64,000 bases of DNA, from positions 15,069 to 79,068 of the forward strand of contig JAHKAJ010000035.1 of assembly GCA_018826075.1 (NCBI GenBank), written 5' to 3'. Below the pieces are notes generated by a model. It was not told the origin of the DNA. It ran no database searches and saw nothing but the letters and a program-made list of their open reading frames with translations. The DNA comes from Candidatus Omnitrophota bacterium (GTDB lineage: Bacteria; Omnitrophota; Gorgyraeia; Duberdicusellales; 4484-171). Made by a program: the position numbers and the translations under genes. Positions within the stretch are counted from its first letter, which is position 1. The number at the start of each line of letters is the position of its first letter. Positions 47,723 to 58,192 of the stretch are shown in pieces.

Positions 47723-48460
47723 GTGAGACATGCTGATAATCGAGAAAGAGAAAAAGAAATTTTAGGGCTGATTATCGAGAGCTACATTAAGGAATCCCGC
47801 CCGATCAGCTCAGGATTTCTTTGCGAACAATGCCGCCTTAACTGCTCTCCGGCAACCGTCAGGAACATAATGCTTTCTTTGGAGCAGCAGGGGTTGGTTT
47901 CTCATATCCATACTTCTTCAGGCAGAGTCCCTACTAAAGAAGGTTTTAAACGCTATGTAGAAAGCCTGACTGAAGAAGAGATCGGCCGTCAATACCCGGT
48001 TTCCCTGGAGTCTTATGCTTTGGTCGATTCAAACATTGACGATATCATCAGCTTTTCTTTGGATAATTTAGCCCGCTTAAGCGGTTATGCTTCTTTGATC
48101 GCGGTTTCCGGCCGAGAAGATAGTTTTTCCTACAAAGGGATGCGCTTCATCCTGGAACAGCCGGAATTTGAAGACATTGAACGCTTAAGGCATATTTTTT
48201 ATGCCCTTGAGGTAAGGATGGGTGATTTTCAGCATCTGCTTTTTGATTGTTTTGATGAGAAGATGAAGATACTGATCGGTGATGATATCGGTTTTGAGGA
48301 GATTTCCGACTGTTCGCTGGTTATTTCGGGTTTACGCCAAAAAAATTTAGGCCTGTCTTTAGCGCTTTTAGGGCCGATGAGGATGAATTACGCTAAAGCT
48401 GTTTCCTGCTTAAATTCAGTAAGAAACCAGCTTAAAGAAGCGGTTGAGGGCTATCTATGA
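47723..48460 (+). CDS. hrcA: Heat-inducible repressor HrcA (short form)
   Basis: SPATVRN, HTSSGRVPT, GPMRMNY. Confidence 0.92.
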   Translation: MRHADNREREKEILGLIIESYIKESRPISSGFLCEQCRLNCSPATVRNIMLSLEQQGLVSHIHTSSGRVPTKEGFKRYVESLTEEEIGRQYPVSLESYALVDSNIDDIISFSLDNLARLSGYASLIAVSGREDSFSYKGMRFILEQPEFEDIERLRHIFYALEVRMGDFQHLLFDCFDEKMKILIGDDIGFEEISDCSLVISGLRQKNLGLSLALLGPMRMNYAKAVSCLNSVRNQLKEAVEGYL

Positions 48461-49062
48461 TCAAGAAACATGGTAAACATTCAGAAGAAAATAAGCCGGA
48501 AAACGATTTTGGGGTCGAAGGAGACCAAGCAGCCGGCGAAAAAAAGCAAAATGATCTATCAGAGTTGGAAGATAAATATTTAAGGCTTCAGGCCGAATTT
48601 GATAATTATAAGAAACGCACCTTTAGGGAGAAAACTGAATTTATCAAATTCGCTAACGAAGGTCTGATCATTGAGTTGTTGGGTATTTTGGATAATTTTG
48701 AACGGGGGGTTAAAGCCGCTGACCTAACCAAGGATTTCAGCCTTCTGCATAAGGGGGTCGACATGATCTCTAAACAGCTGCACGCACTTTTGGAGACCAA
48801 GGGGTTAAAGAGAATCATCACTATCGGCGAAACCTTTGATCCGCACCAACATGAAGCTATGGAGGTTGTTGAAGACGACAATCTCATCCAGGACACCGTG
48901 GTCGAAGAATTACAGCCGGGTTATTTCTTGAATGACCGGATAGTGCGCCCGGCAAAAGTCAAAGTGGCTAAGGGTAAAATCGAAGAACCAAAAAGTGAAA
49001 AGGTAGAAGAAGCCAAGAACGAAGATCAGGAAAATAATAAGCAAGAAGAAGAGATAGGATAA
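48457..49062 (+). CDS. grpE: Nucleotide exchange factor GrpE
   Basis: LRLQAEFDNYKKR, FDP..HEA, GY...RPAKV. Confidence 0.95.
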   Translation: MIKKHGKHSEENKPENDFGVEGDQAAGEKKQNDLSELEDKYLRLQAEFDNYKKRTFREKTEFIKFANEGLIIELLGILDNFERGVKAADLTKDFSLLHKGVDMISKQLHALLETKGLKRIITIGETFDPHQHEAMEVVEDDNLIQDTVVEELQPGYFLNDRIVRPAKVKVAKGKIEEPKSEKVEEAKNEDQENNKQEEEIG

Positions 49063-49082
49063 GGTAAAACGGAGGTATAGTA

Positions 49083-50984
49083 ATGGCACGTGTAATTGGA
49101 ATTGATTTAGGAACATCTAATTCGTCAGCGGCAGTCATGGAAGGCGGCCGGCCGGCGATTATCCCGTCAGCTGAAGGCGCCGGAGTGGCCAGCGGAAAGG
49201 CCTTTCCTTCGGTAGTCGCTTTCACCAAAGACGGCACTCGCCTGGTAGGCGAGCCGGCTAAACGTCAGGCTTCGGTTAATCCCGAAGGTACGGTTTTAGC
49301 CGCTAAGCGTAAGATCGGAACTAATTTTAAATTTGAAGTTTACGGTAAGGAATATACGCCACAGCAGATTTCGGCTTTTATCTTGCAGAAAATAAAGCAG
49401 GATGCTGAAAGCTACCTTGGCGATACAGTGAAGGAAGCAGTGATCACTGTCCCGGCATATTTTAATGACAACCAGCGCCAGGCTACCAAAGATGCCGGAG
49501 CGATCGCCGGATTGGAAGTTTTAAGGATCATCAACGAACCTACAGCGGCTTGCTTGGCTTATGGGCTAAATAAAGTCGGCAAGGAATTAAAGATCATGGT
49601 CTTTGACTTAGGCGGCGGAACTCTTGATGTAACTGTCATGGAAATGTGGTCAGAAGGCGGCTTTAAAGTTCTTTCGACTTCCGGTGATACACATCTTGGC
49701 GGAACCGATATGGATAAGATTTTGATTGACTATGTAGCTGATGATTTTAAGAAACAGACCGGAATAGATTTACGCAATGACAAGATGGCAGTGCAGCGCC
49801 TGCGGGAAGGAGTGGAAAAGGCAAAAATAGAGCTTTCCAGCACTCTGACTACGGACATCAATCTTCCTTTTATCACTGCTGATCAGACCGGGCCTAAACA
49901 TCTTACTACTACGCTTAACCGGGCTAAGCTCGAAGAATTGATCACACCGATAATCGACCGCTGTCGGACACCGATGCATCAGGCTTTGGGCGACGCTAAA
50001 CTTAAATCCAGCGAGATCGATAAGATTATCATGGTCGGCGGGCCTACCCGCATGCCGATCGTCCAGAAATTCGTTGAAGATTATGTCGGTAAAAAAATCG
50101 AGCGGGGAATCGATCCGATGGAATGCGTTTCTATGGGCGCTGCGGTCCAGGGTTCGATCATCAAAGGCGAGACCAAAGATGTTTTGCTGCTTGACGTTAC
50201 GCCACTTTCCCTGGGCATTGAAACTTTAGGTGGAGTTTTCACCAAGCTTATTGACCGTAACACTACGATTCCCACTAAGAAGGGCCAGGTTTTTTCAACT
50301 GCTGATGACAATCAGCCGGCAGTTACCATTCGGGTTCTTCAGGGCGAGCGGCCGATGGCCAGTGACAATATTGAGCTGGGCCGTTTTGACCTGGTGGGCA
50401 TACCTCCGGCACCAAGAGGAGTCCCCCAGATAGAGGTCACTTTTGATATCGATGCTAACGGTATAGTCCATGTTACGGCTAAAGATAAGGGTACTGGCAA
50501 AGAGCAGTCAGTTCGGATAACTGCCCCGGACAAACTATCGGAAACTGACATCGATAAGATGGTCAAGGAAGCCGAAAAGTATGCCGATGATGATAAAAAG
50601 CGCAAAGAAGCCGTGGAATTAAAAAACAAGGCTGATGGTTTAGTTTACGCTACTGATAAATCACTTAAGGATTACGGCGAAAAGATTTCTGAAGCCGACA
50701 AAAATGATATCCAGAGTAAGCTTGATTCCCTTAAGGAGACCTTAAAACAAAACGATGCCAGCGCTGACCAGATTCAAAAAGGAATCGATGAACTGACTAA
50801 AGCTTCTCATAAGTTAGCCGAGCAGGTCTATAAAGCCCAAAGCGCTGCTCAACAGGCTGCTCCTGGAGCAGATCAGGCTCAAGCTGAACCGAATGCTTCA
50901 GGCGGCCCCCAAGAGGATGCCGGCTCTAAGCCTAACGGCGAGAATGTGGTTGATGCCGAGTACAAAGAAGAAGACGGCAAATGA
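49083..50984 (+). CDS. dnaK: Chaperone DnaK
   Basis: [35 protein letters not shown]. Confidence 0.98.
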   Translation: MARVIGIDLGTSNSSAAVMEGGRPAIIPSAEGAGVASGKAFPSVVAFTKDGTRLVGEPAKRQASVNPEGTVLAAKRKIGTNFKFEVYGKEYTPQQISAFILQKIKQDAESYLGDTVKEAVITVPAYFNDNQRQATKDAGAIAGLEVLRIINEPTAACLAYGLNKVGKELKIMVFDLGGGTLDVTVMEMWSEGGFKVLSTSGDTHLGGTDMDKILIDYVADDFKKQTGIDLRNDKMAVQRLREGVEKAKIELSSTLTTDINLPFITADQTGPKHLTTTLNRAKLEELITPIIDRCRTPMHQALGDAKLKSSEIDKIIMVGGPTRMPIVQKFVEDYVGKKIERGIDPMECVSMGAAVQGSIIKGETKDVLLLDVTPLSLGIETLGGVFTKLIDRNTTIPTKKGQVFSTADDNQPAVTIRVLQGERPMASDNIELGRFDLVGIPPAPRGVPQIEVTFDIDANGIVHVTAKDKGTGKEQSVRITAPDKLSETDIDKMVKEAEKYADDDKKRKEAVELKNKADGLVYATDKSLKDYGEKISEADKNDIQSKLDSLKETLKQNDASADQIQKGIDELTKASHKLAEQVYKAQSAAQQAAPGADQAQAEPNASGGPQEDAGSKPNGENVVDAEYKEEDGK

Positions 50985-52078
50985 TGAGTACCGCCCGAGA
51001 TTACTATGAGATCTTAGGATTATCTAAAGGGGCTACGGTTGATGAAGTCAAAAAGGCTTATCGGCAGGCGGTGATGAAGCACCATCCTGACCGGGTGCCT
51101 CCTGAACAAAAAAAAGCCGCCGAAGAAAAATTCAAAGAGATCTCCGAAGCCTATGCGGTCTTAAGCGATCCTCAGAAAAAGCAGCTTTACGATCAATACG
51201 GGCATTCGGGCATAGATTCGCGATATTCCACTGAAGATATTTTCCGGGGTGCTGATTTTTCAAGTATTTTCGGCAACCGGGGAGGCAGCTTCGGTGATAT
51301 CTTTGAAAATTTATTTTCCGATTTCGGGATGTTCGGTTCGGGTGCATCAGCCCGCGGCGGTCGGCGTTCCGGCGAAGACCTTCAAATTCAGATCGCTATC
51401 GATTTAGAAGATGCTTATCGAGGTGCCGAAAAGGATATTACTTATTCCCGTTATGAAGATTGTTCATCTTGCCGGGGCAGCGGTGCTGAAGCTGGTTCGC
51501 CAAAAACCGTCTGCAATACTTGTCGTGGCCGGGGAACAGTGACCAGCGGCCTAGGCTTTATTAATTTTTCGCAAACTTGTCCTAATTGTCAGGGTGAAGG
51601 TAAGATAATAAAGAACCGCTGTAAGAAATGTTCAGGTCTTGGCAGGTTAAAGGTCAGGAAAAATCTCAAAGTTACCATTCCTCAAGGGGTAGATAACGGT
51701 TCAATATTACGTTTAAGGCAGGAAGGTAATTTTGGCCCCGGCGGATACGGAAGCTTATTTATCTATATTGAAGTCAGGCAGCATCCGGTATTTCATCGCC
51801 AGGCTGATACAGTTCTTTGCACGGCGAAGATAACCGTTGCCCAGGCAATACTGGGAACCGAGATAAAAGTTTCTACCCTGGACGGCCAAGTTACCATGAC
51901 TATTCCGGCCGGGACCCAGCCCGATGCCGTATTCAGGCTAAAAGGCAAAGGTATGGTCAATTTACATTCTAAGCGTCCCGGAGACCAGCTGGTGGAAGTA
52001 AAAGTAGAGATACCTAAAAAAATCTCAACCCGGGAAAGAAAGCTGGTTGAAGAATGGGCCAAGCTGAGGAGAGATTAA
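50981..52078 (+). CDS. dnaJ: Chaperone DnaJ
   Basis: HPD J-domain, G/F region, four CxxCxGxG. Confidence 0.97.
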   Translation: MMSTARDYYEILGLSKGATVDEVKKAYRQAVMKHHPDRVPPEQKKAAEEKFKEISEAYAVLSDPQKKQLYDQYGHSGIDSRYSTEDIFRGADFSSIFGNRGGSFGDIFENLFSDFGMFGSGASARGGRRSGEDLQIQIAIDLEDAYRGAEKDITYSRYEDCSSCRGSGAEAGSPKTVCNTCRGRGTVTSGLGFINFSQTCPNCQGEGKIIKNRCKKCSGLGRLKVRKNLKVTIPQGVDNGSILRLRQEGNFGPGGYGSLFIYIEVRQHPVFHRQADTVLCTAKITVAQAILGTEIKVSTLDGQVTMTIPAGTQPDAVFRLKGKGMVNLHSKRPGDQLVEVKVEIPKKISTRERKLVEEWAKLRRD

Positions 52079-52081
52079 GTT

Positions 52082-52351
52082 ATGCCTACCTATGATTATA
52101 AGTGTTTGGAATGCGGAAATGATTTTGAAGTTTTTCAAAGTATGAAAGATGCCCTGGTTAAAACTTGTCCGAAATGCGGCGGTAAGGTCAAACGTTTGAT
52201 CGGCACCGGTTCAGGGTTGATCTTTAAGGGCAGCGGGTTTTACGCCACTGACTATAAAAAACAAAGTCCGTCTTCTGCTTCTGGGCAAACACCCTGCTCT
52301 GGCTGTAAAGATGCTCCTAAATGCAGCCAGGAGAAAAGCAAAAAGAAGTAA
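52082..52351 (+). CDS. FmdB family zinc-ribbon protein
   Basis: MPTYDYKC..C...CPKCG...FKGSGFYATDY. Confidence 0.9.
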   Translation: MPTYDYKCLECGNDFEVFQSMKDALVKTCPKCGGKVKRLIGTGSGLIFKGSGFYATDYKKQSPSSASGQTPCSGCKDAPKCSQEKSKKK

Positions 52352-52357
52352 GCTAAA

Positions 52358-53563
52358 ATGAACCAAACCATAAAACCGTTCAAGGCCACCTATTACAACC
52401 CAGCATCAGTTAAGGATTATTCAGCGGTTACCTGCCCGCCTTACGATGTGATTAGCAGCCAGCAGTTAAAAGCCCTTCGCCGGAAATCTCCCGATAATTT
52501 TTCCTGGGTGCTTATCGCTGATAACGGTAATTATAAGCAGTCAGCTCAGTGTCTTAACCGTCTGTTGAAAGATAAGATCTTAATTGATGACGATCAGGAT
52601 AGCTTATATCTTTATGAACAAACCTTTAAAGTTAAAGGAAAATCTTTGCGGCGCTTCGGTATCCTCTCACTTTTAAAAATGGATAAAAAAGGTATTTTTC
52701 CTCACGAATACACTTTAAGCGCTCCTAAAAAAGACCGCAAAAAGATAATTGCTTCGACCAAGGCTAACCTAAGCCCGATATTTGTTATTGCCACTAAACA
52801 CCTGTTTCAGCTGGAAAAAATTTACCAGGCTTATCGTAAGACTAAACCGTTTTTTAAATGTTTCGACCGGGATTCAAATCTTAACAAAGTATGGAAAATT
52901 TCTCAGCGCCAGGAAATTGATAGGCTTTGCCGGGAGATCTCAGCTTCGAAAATGGTTATTGCCGACGGCCATCACCGCTTCGAAATTACTTTTGATTACT
53001 TTAAAAAGAATAAAAACCGTTTTAAAGATTTAAATTATATTCTGGCTTACCTGACCGGCCCGCAGGAAGGGCTACTGATCTTGCCGACTCACCGGATCAT
53101 CAACATCAACCAGAACACTGATTCTATCTTTAAAACTTTACAGTCCTATTTTCATATCCAAAAAGTTTCTCAAGGCGTTTTGGAAAAACACCTGGATTCC
53201 CAAGGGCAGTTTTGTTTCGGAATCTTTCATAAAGGTAAGTTCTTTTTTTTAAAGTTGAAAGATAAGAAGATTTTAGATAAAATAGAAAATAAACTTTATC
53301 GTGGCTTGGATGCGTATGTGTTTCACCAGGCGGTTTTGCCGCTTTTTAAATCGGCCGGCCAGATCCAGTATTCTCACAGCATTGACGAGTCTAAAGCCAT
53401 AGCCGGTAAAAGTGATACCGCTTTTATTTTAAGGGCGGTACCTTTGGAGACAGTCCTTGAGATATCGCGTAAGGGTTTCCGGTTTCCTCAAAAATCAACT
53501 TACTTTTATCCTAAACTTTTGTCGGGGTTAGTGATCAGGCGTTTTAAAAATCTATCCCGATAG
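52358..53563 (+). CDS. DUF1015 family protein
   Basis: PPYDVIS, PHE.T, IADGHHR, PQKSTYFYPK. Confidence 0.9.
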   Translation: MNQTIKPFKATYYNPASVKDYSAVTCPPYDVISSQQLKALRRKSPDNFSWVLIADNGNYKQSAQCLNRLLKDKILIDDDQDSLYLYEQTFKVKGKSLRRFGILSLLKMDKKGIFPHEYTLSAPKKDRKKIIASTKANLSPIFVIATKHLFQLEKIYQAYRKTKPFFKCFDRDSNLNKVWKISQRQEIDRLCREISASKMVIADGHHRFEITFDYFKKNKNRFKDLNYILAYLTGPQEGLLILPTHRIININQNTDSIFKTLQSYFHIQKVSQGVLEKHLDSQGQFCFGIFHKGKFFFLKLKDKKILDKIENKLYRGLDAYVFHQAVLPLFKSAGQIQYSHSIDESKAIAGKSDTAFILRAVPLETVLEISRKGFRFPQKSTYFYPKLLSGLVIRRFKNLSR

Positions 53564-53604
53564 TAATCGGGATTTCGCTAAATAATTCATTAAGGTGCTC
53601 AAAA

Positions 53605-54441
53605 ATGAAAATATTTAAAAAACCTTTCGGCGGGTTACGTAAACAGAAGAAGAATATTCCTGACGGCCTTTGGAGTAAATGTCCCAGCTGCTCACAGCTG
53701 ATTTTTAATAAAATCCTGGGAGATAATTTAAAAGTCTGCCCTAAATGTAACTATCATTTTTTACTTACTTGTTGGGAGCGGGTAGACTTGCTTGCTGATG
53801 CTGACAGTTTTAGTGAAATAGCTTCTGAGCTTAATTCTCTCGATCCTTTAGAGTTTTCCGGGCCGAAGACTTATAAAGAGAAATTAGAGCAGGCGGTTGA
53901 GGAAACCGGTTTAAAAGAGGCAGCGGTGGTAGGTGAAGCTAAAATCAATGGTTCTTCGGTTGCTTTGGGAGTTACCGACTCCCGGTTCATTATGGGCTCT
54001 ATGGGTTCGGTGGTGGGAGAAAAAATAACCCGCTTAGCCGAGATAGCTTTAGAAAAGCATATACCGTTAATGGTTGTTTCCGGTTCAGGCGGCGGGGCCA
54101 GGATGTATGAAGGGATGTTTAGCCTTATGCAGATGGCTAAAACCAGCGGTATCCTGGCTAAACTTAAAGAAGAAAATATCGTTTTTATTTCGATCCTAAC
54201 TAACCCGACTATGGCCGGAGTTATGGCTTCATTTGCCGGTTTAGGCGATGTGACTATTGCTGAGCCAGGGGCCCTGATCGGATTTACCGGGCCGCGGGTG
54301 ATAAAACAGACCATAAAACAGGATCTTCCTAAGGGGTTTCAGACTTCTGAATTTAATTTAAAACACGGGCTCATAGATATGGTTATTCACCGAAAAGATT
54401 TAAAGAATGCTTTGGTTAAATTGATTTACTATTTATCTTGA
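53605..54441 (+). CDS. accD: Acetyl-CoA carboxylase carboxyltransferase beta subunit
   Basis: Zn-finger CPSC...CPKC, GSMGSVVGE, GGARMYEG, GFTGPRVI. Confidence 0.95.
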   Translation: MKIFKKPFGGLRKQKKNIPDGLWSKCPSCSQLIFNKILGDNLKVCPKCNYHFLLTCWERVDLLADADSFSEIASELNSLDPLEFSGPKTYKEKLEQAVEETGLKEAAVVGEAKINGSSVALGVTDSRFIMGSMGSVVGEKITRLAEIALEKHIPLMVVSGSGGGARMYEGMFSLMQMAKTSGILAKLKEENIVFISILTNPTMAGVMASFAGLGDVTIAEPGALIGFTGPRVIKQTIKQDLPKGFQTSEFNLKHGLIDMVIHRKDLKNALVKLIYYLS

Positions 54442-54474
54442 CAGAGGTCCTTTGAGAATTTACAATTTTAACTT

Positions 54475-55578
54475 ATGGCAGAAGTAGTTTTAAAAAATAT
54501 CACTAAGTCTTATCCTAATGGTTCAGCCGCAGTCAGGGATGTTAACCTGAAGGTGCAAGACAAAGAGTTTGTGGTTTTAGTCGGCCCTTCTGGCTGTGGT
54601 AAATCAACCACCTTACGAATGATCGCCGGCTTGGAATATCCGACTAAGGGTGAGGTTTATGTAGGCGACCGGTTGGTCAATGATGTTCCCTCCAAAGACC
54701 GCAATATCGCCATGGTCTTTCAGAATTACGCCCTTTATCCTCATATGAATGTTTATCAGAATATGGCTTTTGCTTTGAAACTGCGTAATTATTCTTCGGA
54801 AGATATCGACAAGCGGGTCAAAGAAGCCGCCCAGATTTTAGGGATAAGCCAGTTAGTCAGCCGCCGTCCGCGGGAGATCTCCGGCGGAGAGCGCCAACGG
54901 GTAGCGGTGGGCCGGGCAATAGTGCGAAAACCCCAGGTCTTTCTTTTCGACGAACCCTTAAGTAACCTTGATGCTAAGATGCGCGTTCAGATGCGCACCG
55001 AGATCCACAAACTTCACTTAAAGATCCAAACCACAATGATCTACGTGACTCATGACCAGACCGAAGCTATGACTTTAGGCGACCGGATAGCGGTGATGAA
55101 GGACGGTGAGATCCTGCAGTTTGATACACCCTTAAATGTTTATGATGATCCGGTAAACAAATTCGTAGCCGGGTTTATTGGTTCGCCGCCGATGAATTTC
55201 ATGAAAGGCAAGATTGTCAAAACCGGCTCAGGCCTCTATTTTGACGAAGGAACTTTCAGGGTTAAAGTCTTAGATGAGATGGCGGTTAAATTGGACAGCT
55301 ATATCGATAAAGAAATTATTTTCGGAATACGCCCGGAGAATATTTACGATAAATTATTTGCCTCTTATGCCACGACTGACAATACTTTAACTGTTTTATG
55401 CGATGTTATTGAGACAATGGGCTCAGAGAATTACATCTATTTTTCCACCGGCAAGCACACCTTAATTGCCGTAGTCGAAGCCACAAACAAACCTCCGATT
55501 GGCGGCATGGTCGAAGTTGTTTTTGATATGAAGAGGGTCCATTTCTTCGACCCTCAAGAAGAATTTACCATTGTATAA
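54475..55578 (+). CDS. Sugar ABC transporter ATPase (MalK/UgpC/MsmX type), orphan
   Basis: [32 protein letters not shown]; no permeases nearby. Confidence 0.93.
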   Translation: MAEVVLKNITKSYPNGSAAVRDVNLKVQDKEFVVLVGPSGCGKSTTLRMIAGLEYPTKGEVYVGDRLVNDVPSKDRNIAMVFQNYALYPHMNVYQNMAFALKLRNYSSEDIDKRVKEAAQILGISQLVSRRPREISGGERQRVAVGRAIVRKPQVFLFDEPLSNLDAKMRVQMRTEIHKLHLKIQTTMIYVTHDQTEAMTLGDRIAVMKDGEILQFDTPLNVYDDPVNKFVAGFIGSPPMNFMKGKIVKTGSGLYFDEGTFRVKVLDEMAVKLDSYIDKEIIFGIRPENIYDKLFASYATTDNTLTVLCDVIETMGSENYIYFSTGKHTLIAVVEATNKPPIGGMVEVVFDMKRVHFFDPQEEFTIV

Positions 55579-56830
55579 AAGTGGTATCCTCACAACTTTA
55601 CTTTTCCTGATATTAACTTGCCTTCTTTTTATTTTTTTACCGGGCGGCGGAATAATTTTTTTGGTCCCGGCCCTGGCCGTCGCCGGAGTATTTCTGTTAA
55701 TAGGTAAAATCAAATCTTTGATTTTTTCAAAATACCAAGGTGACTTTGACCTTTGGGAAGAAAAAATAAACCTCTTAAATGAGAGTATAGCCGAAAAAGG
55801 CAAGCTGCTTGAGACTTTGCCAGCTAAAGAAGAACGGGTTTCTTTTCTTTTTGAGATCTCTCAAAATTTGATCGAGCTGATCGATTTTGAAAAGATCATT
55901 GATCTACTGATCGATACCCTGGAGAAAATTTTTCCCACCGCCGACAACATTTTATTTTTTAATTTTGACAAGGAAGGAGATAAACTGATTTTAAACCGTT
56001 GTTTAAGGCGCAAAAACGATACCATCAGTAGTAAAAAAGGCAATGCTTTAGATAAATGGGTTCTTCATCAGAACCGTTCTTTGTTGATTGATGACATTAC
56101 CAAGGATTTTCGTTTTGACTACAGTAAACTTCCGGCTTACCAGGAACGAAAGGTGCATTCTTTTATTTTGAGTCCGCTTTCCGTCGGGCATAAGTCCTTA
56201 GGGGTGTTGCGGATTGAAGCAAAATCGCCGGGGTTGTTTTCTCTCGATGATTCAAGGCTCCTGCGTAATATTTCTGATTTGGGAGCGGTTGTTTTAGAAC
56301 GGGCTTTGCTTTTTCAGAGAGCCCAGGATTTGGCGATCAAGGATTCTTTGACCGGTTTGTTTGTACGAAGTTATTTTTCTCAATACCTGAGCCGTTCGTT
56401 AAAAGATGCCGCAGCCAAGCGGCAGGCCGTAGGTTTGATCATGTTGGATATTGATGATTTTAAAAAGATAAACGATAGCTACGGCCACGTAGTCGGGGAC
56501 TTGGTTCTAATGAACTTAGCCGGCATTTTAAAAGAAAATATCAATGAGCAAACCGGGATAGTCTGCCGTTTTGGCGGTGAAGAATTTGCTTTAGTGGTAA
56601 CGAAATCCAGCCGGATTGAAATCATAGCCTGCGCTGAAAATATTCTTAGCGCGGTCAGGAAAACCGTATTGGCTTTTCGCAGGAAAAAAGTCAGTTTTAC
56701 GGTTTCGCAAGGTTTGGCCTTTTATCCCGACGATTGTGATTCAGCTTCGGTTTTGATCGAACAGGCCGATGTTTTATTATATAAGGCCAAGCGGGAAGGG
56801 AAAAATAAACTATGCTATTCTGGGCAGTAA
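55571..56830 (+). CDS. Membrane-anchored GAF-GGDEF diguanylate cyclase
   Basis: 2 N-terminal TM helices, GAF, DSLTGL, RFGGEEF. Confidence 0.9.
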   Translation: MYKSGILTTLLFLILTCLLFIFLPGGGIIFLVPALAVAGVFLLIGKIKSLIFSKYQGDFDLWEEKINLLNESIAEKGKLLETLPAKEERVSFLFEISQNLIELIDFEKIIDLLIDTLEKIFPTADNILFFNFDKEGDKLILNRCLRRKNDTISSKKGNALDKWVLHQNRSLLIDDITKDFRFDYSKLPAYQERKVHSFILSPLSVGHKSLGVLRIEAKSPGLFSLDDSRLLRNISDLGAVVLERALLFQRAQDLAIKDSLTGLFVRSYFSQYLSRSLKDAAAKRQAVGLIMLDIDDFKKINDSYGHVVGDLVLMNLAGILKENINEQTGIVCRFGGEEFALVVTKSSRIEIIACAENILSAVRKTVLAFRRKKVSFTVSQGLAFYPDDCDSASVLIEQADVLLYKAKREGKNKLCYSGQ

Positions 56831-57780
56831 TAAGTATCTTTAGTGCAGTTTTTTTAACTCAGGCGATAACCTATCTGATCAGTTTTCGTAATTCCTGTTT
56901 TAAAAAGAAAACACAACTTTCTTCGGAAAGCAGCCGTTTGGAAGCTAAAGAGCTAAAAGTAAAGCGAGAAGTCGAGAGTTTAGAAAGAGTTTTGGCTGAA
57001 CGTTTTTTATTTTACGATCTTACCTGCCGGATAGCTCCCTTGCTGGATAAGAACGATCTTTTTGCCAAGTTTATTCAGGAGATCCATTACTTGGGGCCGA
57101 TAGAGGAAGCCAAAATCAGCGGTTATGGGTCGTTTGAACAGTATCGTAAATTTGAGTTAGGCCGCGGCATAAAGGAAGCACTTTACATTAAAACATCTTC
57201 AAATGAAGTTATCGAATACCTGCCTTATTTTGTAAAAATTTTAGGCCTTTGTTTGGAGAGGATACGCCTCTATGAGAAGCTGCAACAGTTATCGATTTAT
57301 GATCCCTTGACTAAGATCCATAACCGCCGTTATTCTATGGAAAGGTTTAACGAGGAATTCCGGCGGGCTAAAAGGTTTAACCATAACTTATCATACCTGA
57401 TGATCGATGTTGACCATTTTAAAGAAATCAACGATAACCATGGACATTTAGTCGGCGATGCAGTCCTGAGGGAGGTGGCTCGTTTGATCAAAGTCAATAT
57501 CCGCAAGATTGATTTAGCAGCCCGTTACGGCGGTGAGGAATTTTCGGTAGTCTTGCCGGAGACCAATAGAGCTGGAGCGATTATGCTGGCTGAGCGTATT
57601 AACCGCCAGGTTTGCCGCCAGCCGATAGCTGCTTTTGACGAAAAGATTTCAGCCAGCGTAAGCATCGGCCTGGCAGCCTATCCTGAGAACAGTATCCATC
57701 CTGATGTTTTGCTGGAAACTGCTGACAAAGCTCTTTACAAAGCTAAAATGTCCGGCCGCAACCGCGTCTGTTGGTTCTAA
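56812..57780 (+). CDS. Membrane-anchored GGDEF diguanylate cyclase
   Basis: DPLT, RKID I-site, RYGGEEF. Confidence 0.9.
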   Translation: MLFWAVISIFSAVFLTQAITYLISFRNSCFKKKTQLSSESSRLEAKELKVKREVESLERVLAERFLFYDLTCRIAPLLDKNDLFAKFIQEIHYLGPIEEAKISGYGSFEQYRKFELGRGIKEALYIKTSSNEVIEYLPYFVKILGLCLERIRLYEKLQQLSIYDPLTKIHNRRYSMERFNEEFRRAKRFNHNLSYLMIDVDHFKEINDNHGHLVGDAVLREVARLIKVNIRKIDLAARYGGEEFSVVLPETNRAGAIMLAERINRQVCRQPIAAFDEKISASVSIGLAAYPENSIHPDVLLETADKALYKAKMSGRNRVCWF

Positions 57781-57790
57781 CGATTCCAGA

Positions 57791-57837
57791 CACCCCCGGG
57801 GTGACCCTGAGCGAAGCGAAGGGGCTCCCCGGGGGTG
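57791..57837. repeat. REP-like GC-rich palindrome
   Basis: CACCCCCGGGG...CCCCGGGGGTG enclosing CCCTGAGCGAAGCGAAGGG. Confidence 0.75.
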
Positions 57838-57934
57838 GCGAAGCCGGTTTATAAAGGTTTGGAAAACCATTGTTTTGGCGGTATAATATTGGTGTTATTA
57901 AGTGTAGAATAATTGATAATAGCGGAGGTGAGCA

Positions 57935-58186
57935 ATGGTGCCAGATAATTTAGAATTCCAGCTCAAGGAAATCATCTCAAAAGTTGTTGAGATGGAGCCT
58001 GAGAAAATTCTCCCCGACGCTGATTTCATGAATGATTTAGGTATTGATTCTTTAAAAGCCATTGAAATAACCGGAGCCATCGAAAAAGCTTTCAGGGTAG
58101 TCGTGCCCGAAGAACAAATCCGCAATATCCGCACACTGAATCAGGCTTTAGCTTTAACTAAGCAATTATTAGAGGATAAGGATTAA
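57935..58186 (+). CDS. Acyl carrier protein
   Basis: DLGIDSL phosphopantetheine motif; GGAGGTG RBS. Confidence 0.92.
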   Translation: MVPDNLEFQLKEIISKVVEMEPEKILPDADFMNDLGIDSLKAIEITGAIEKAFRVVVPEEQIRNIRTLNQALALTKQLLEDKD

Positions 58187-58192
58187 CCGCTA

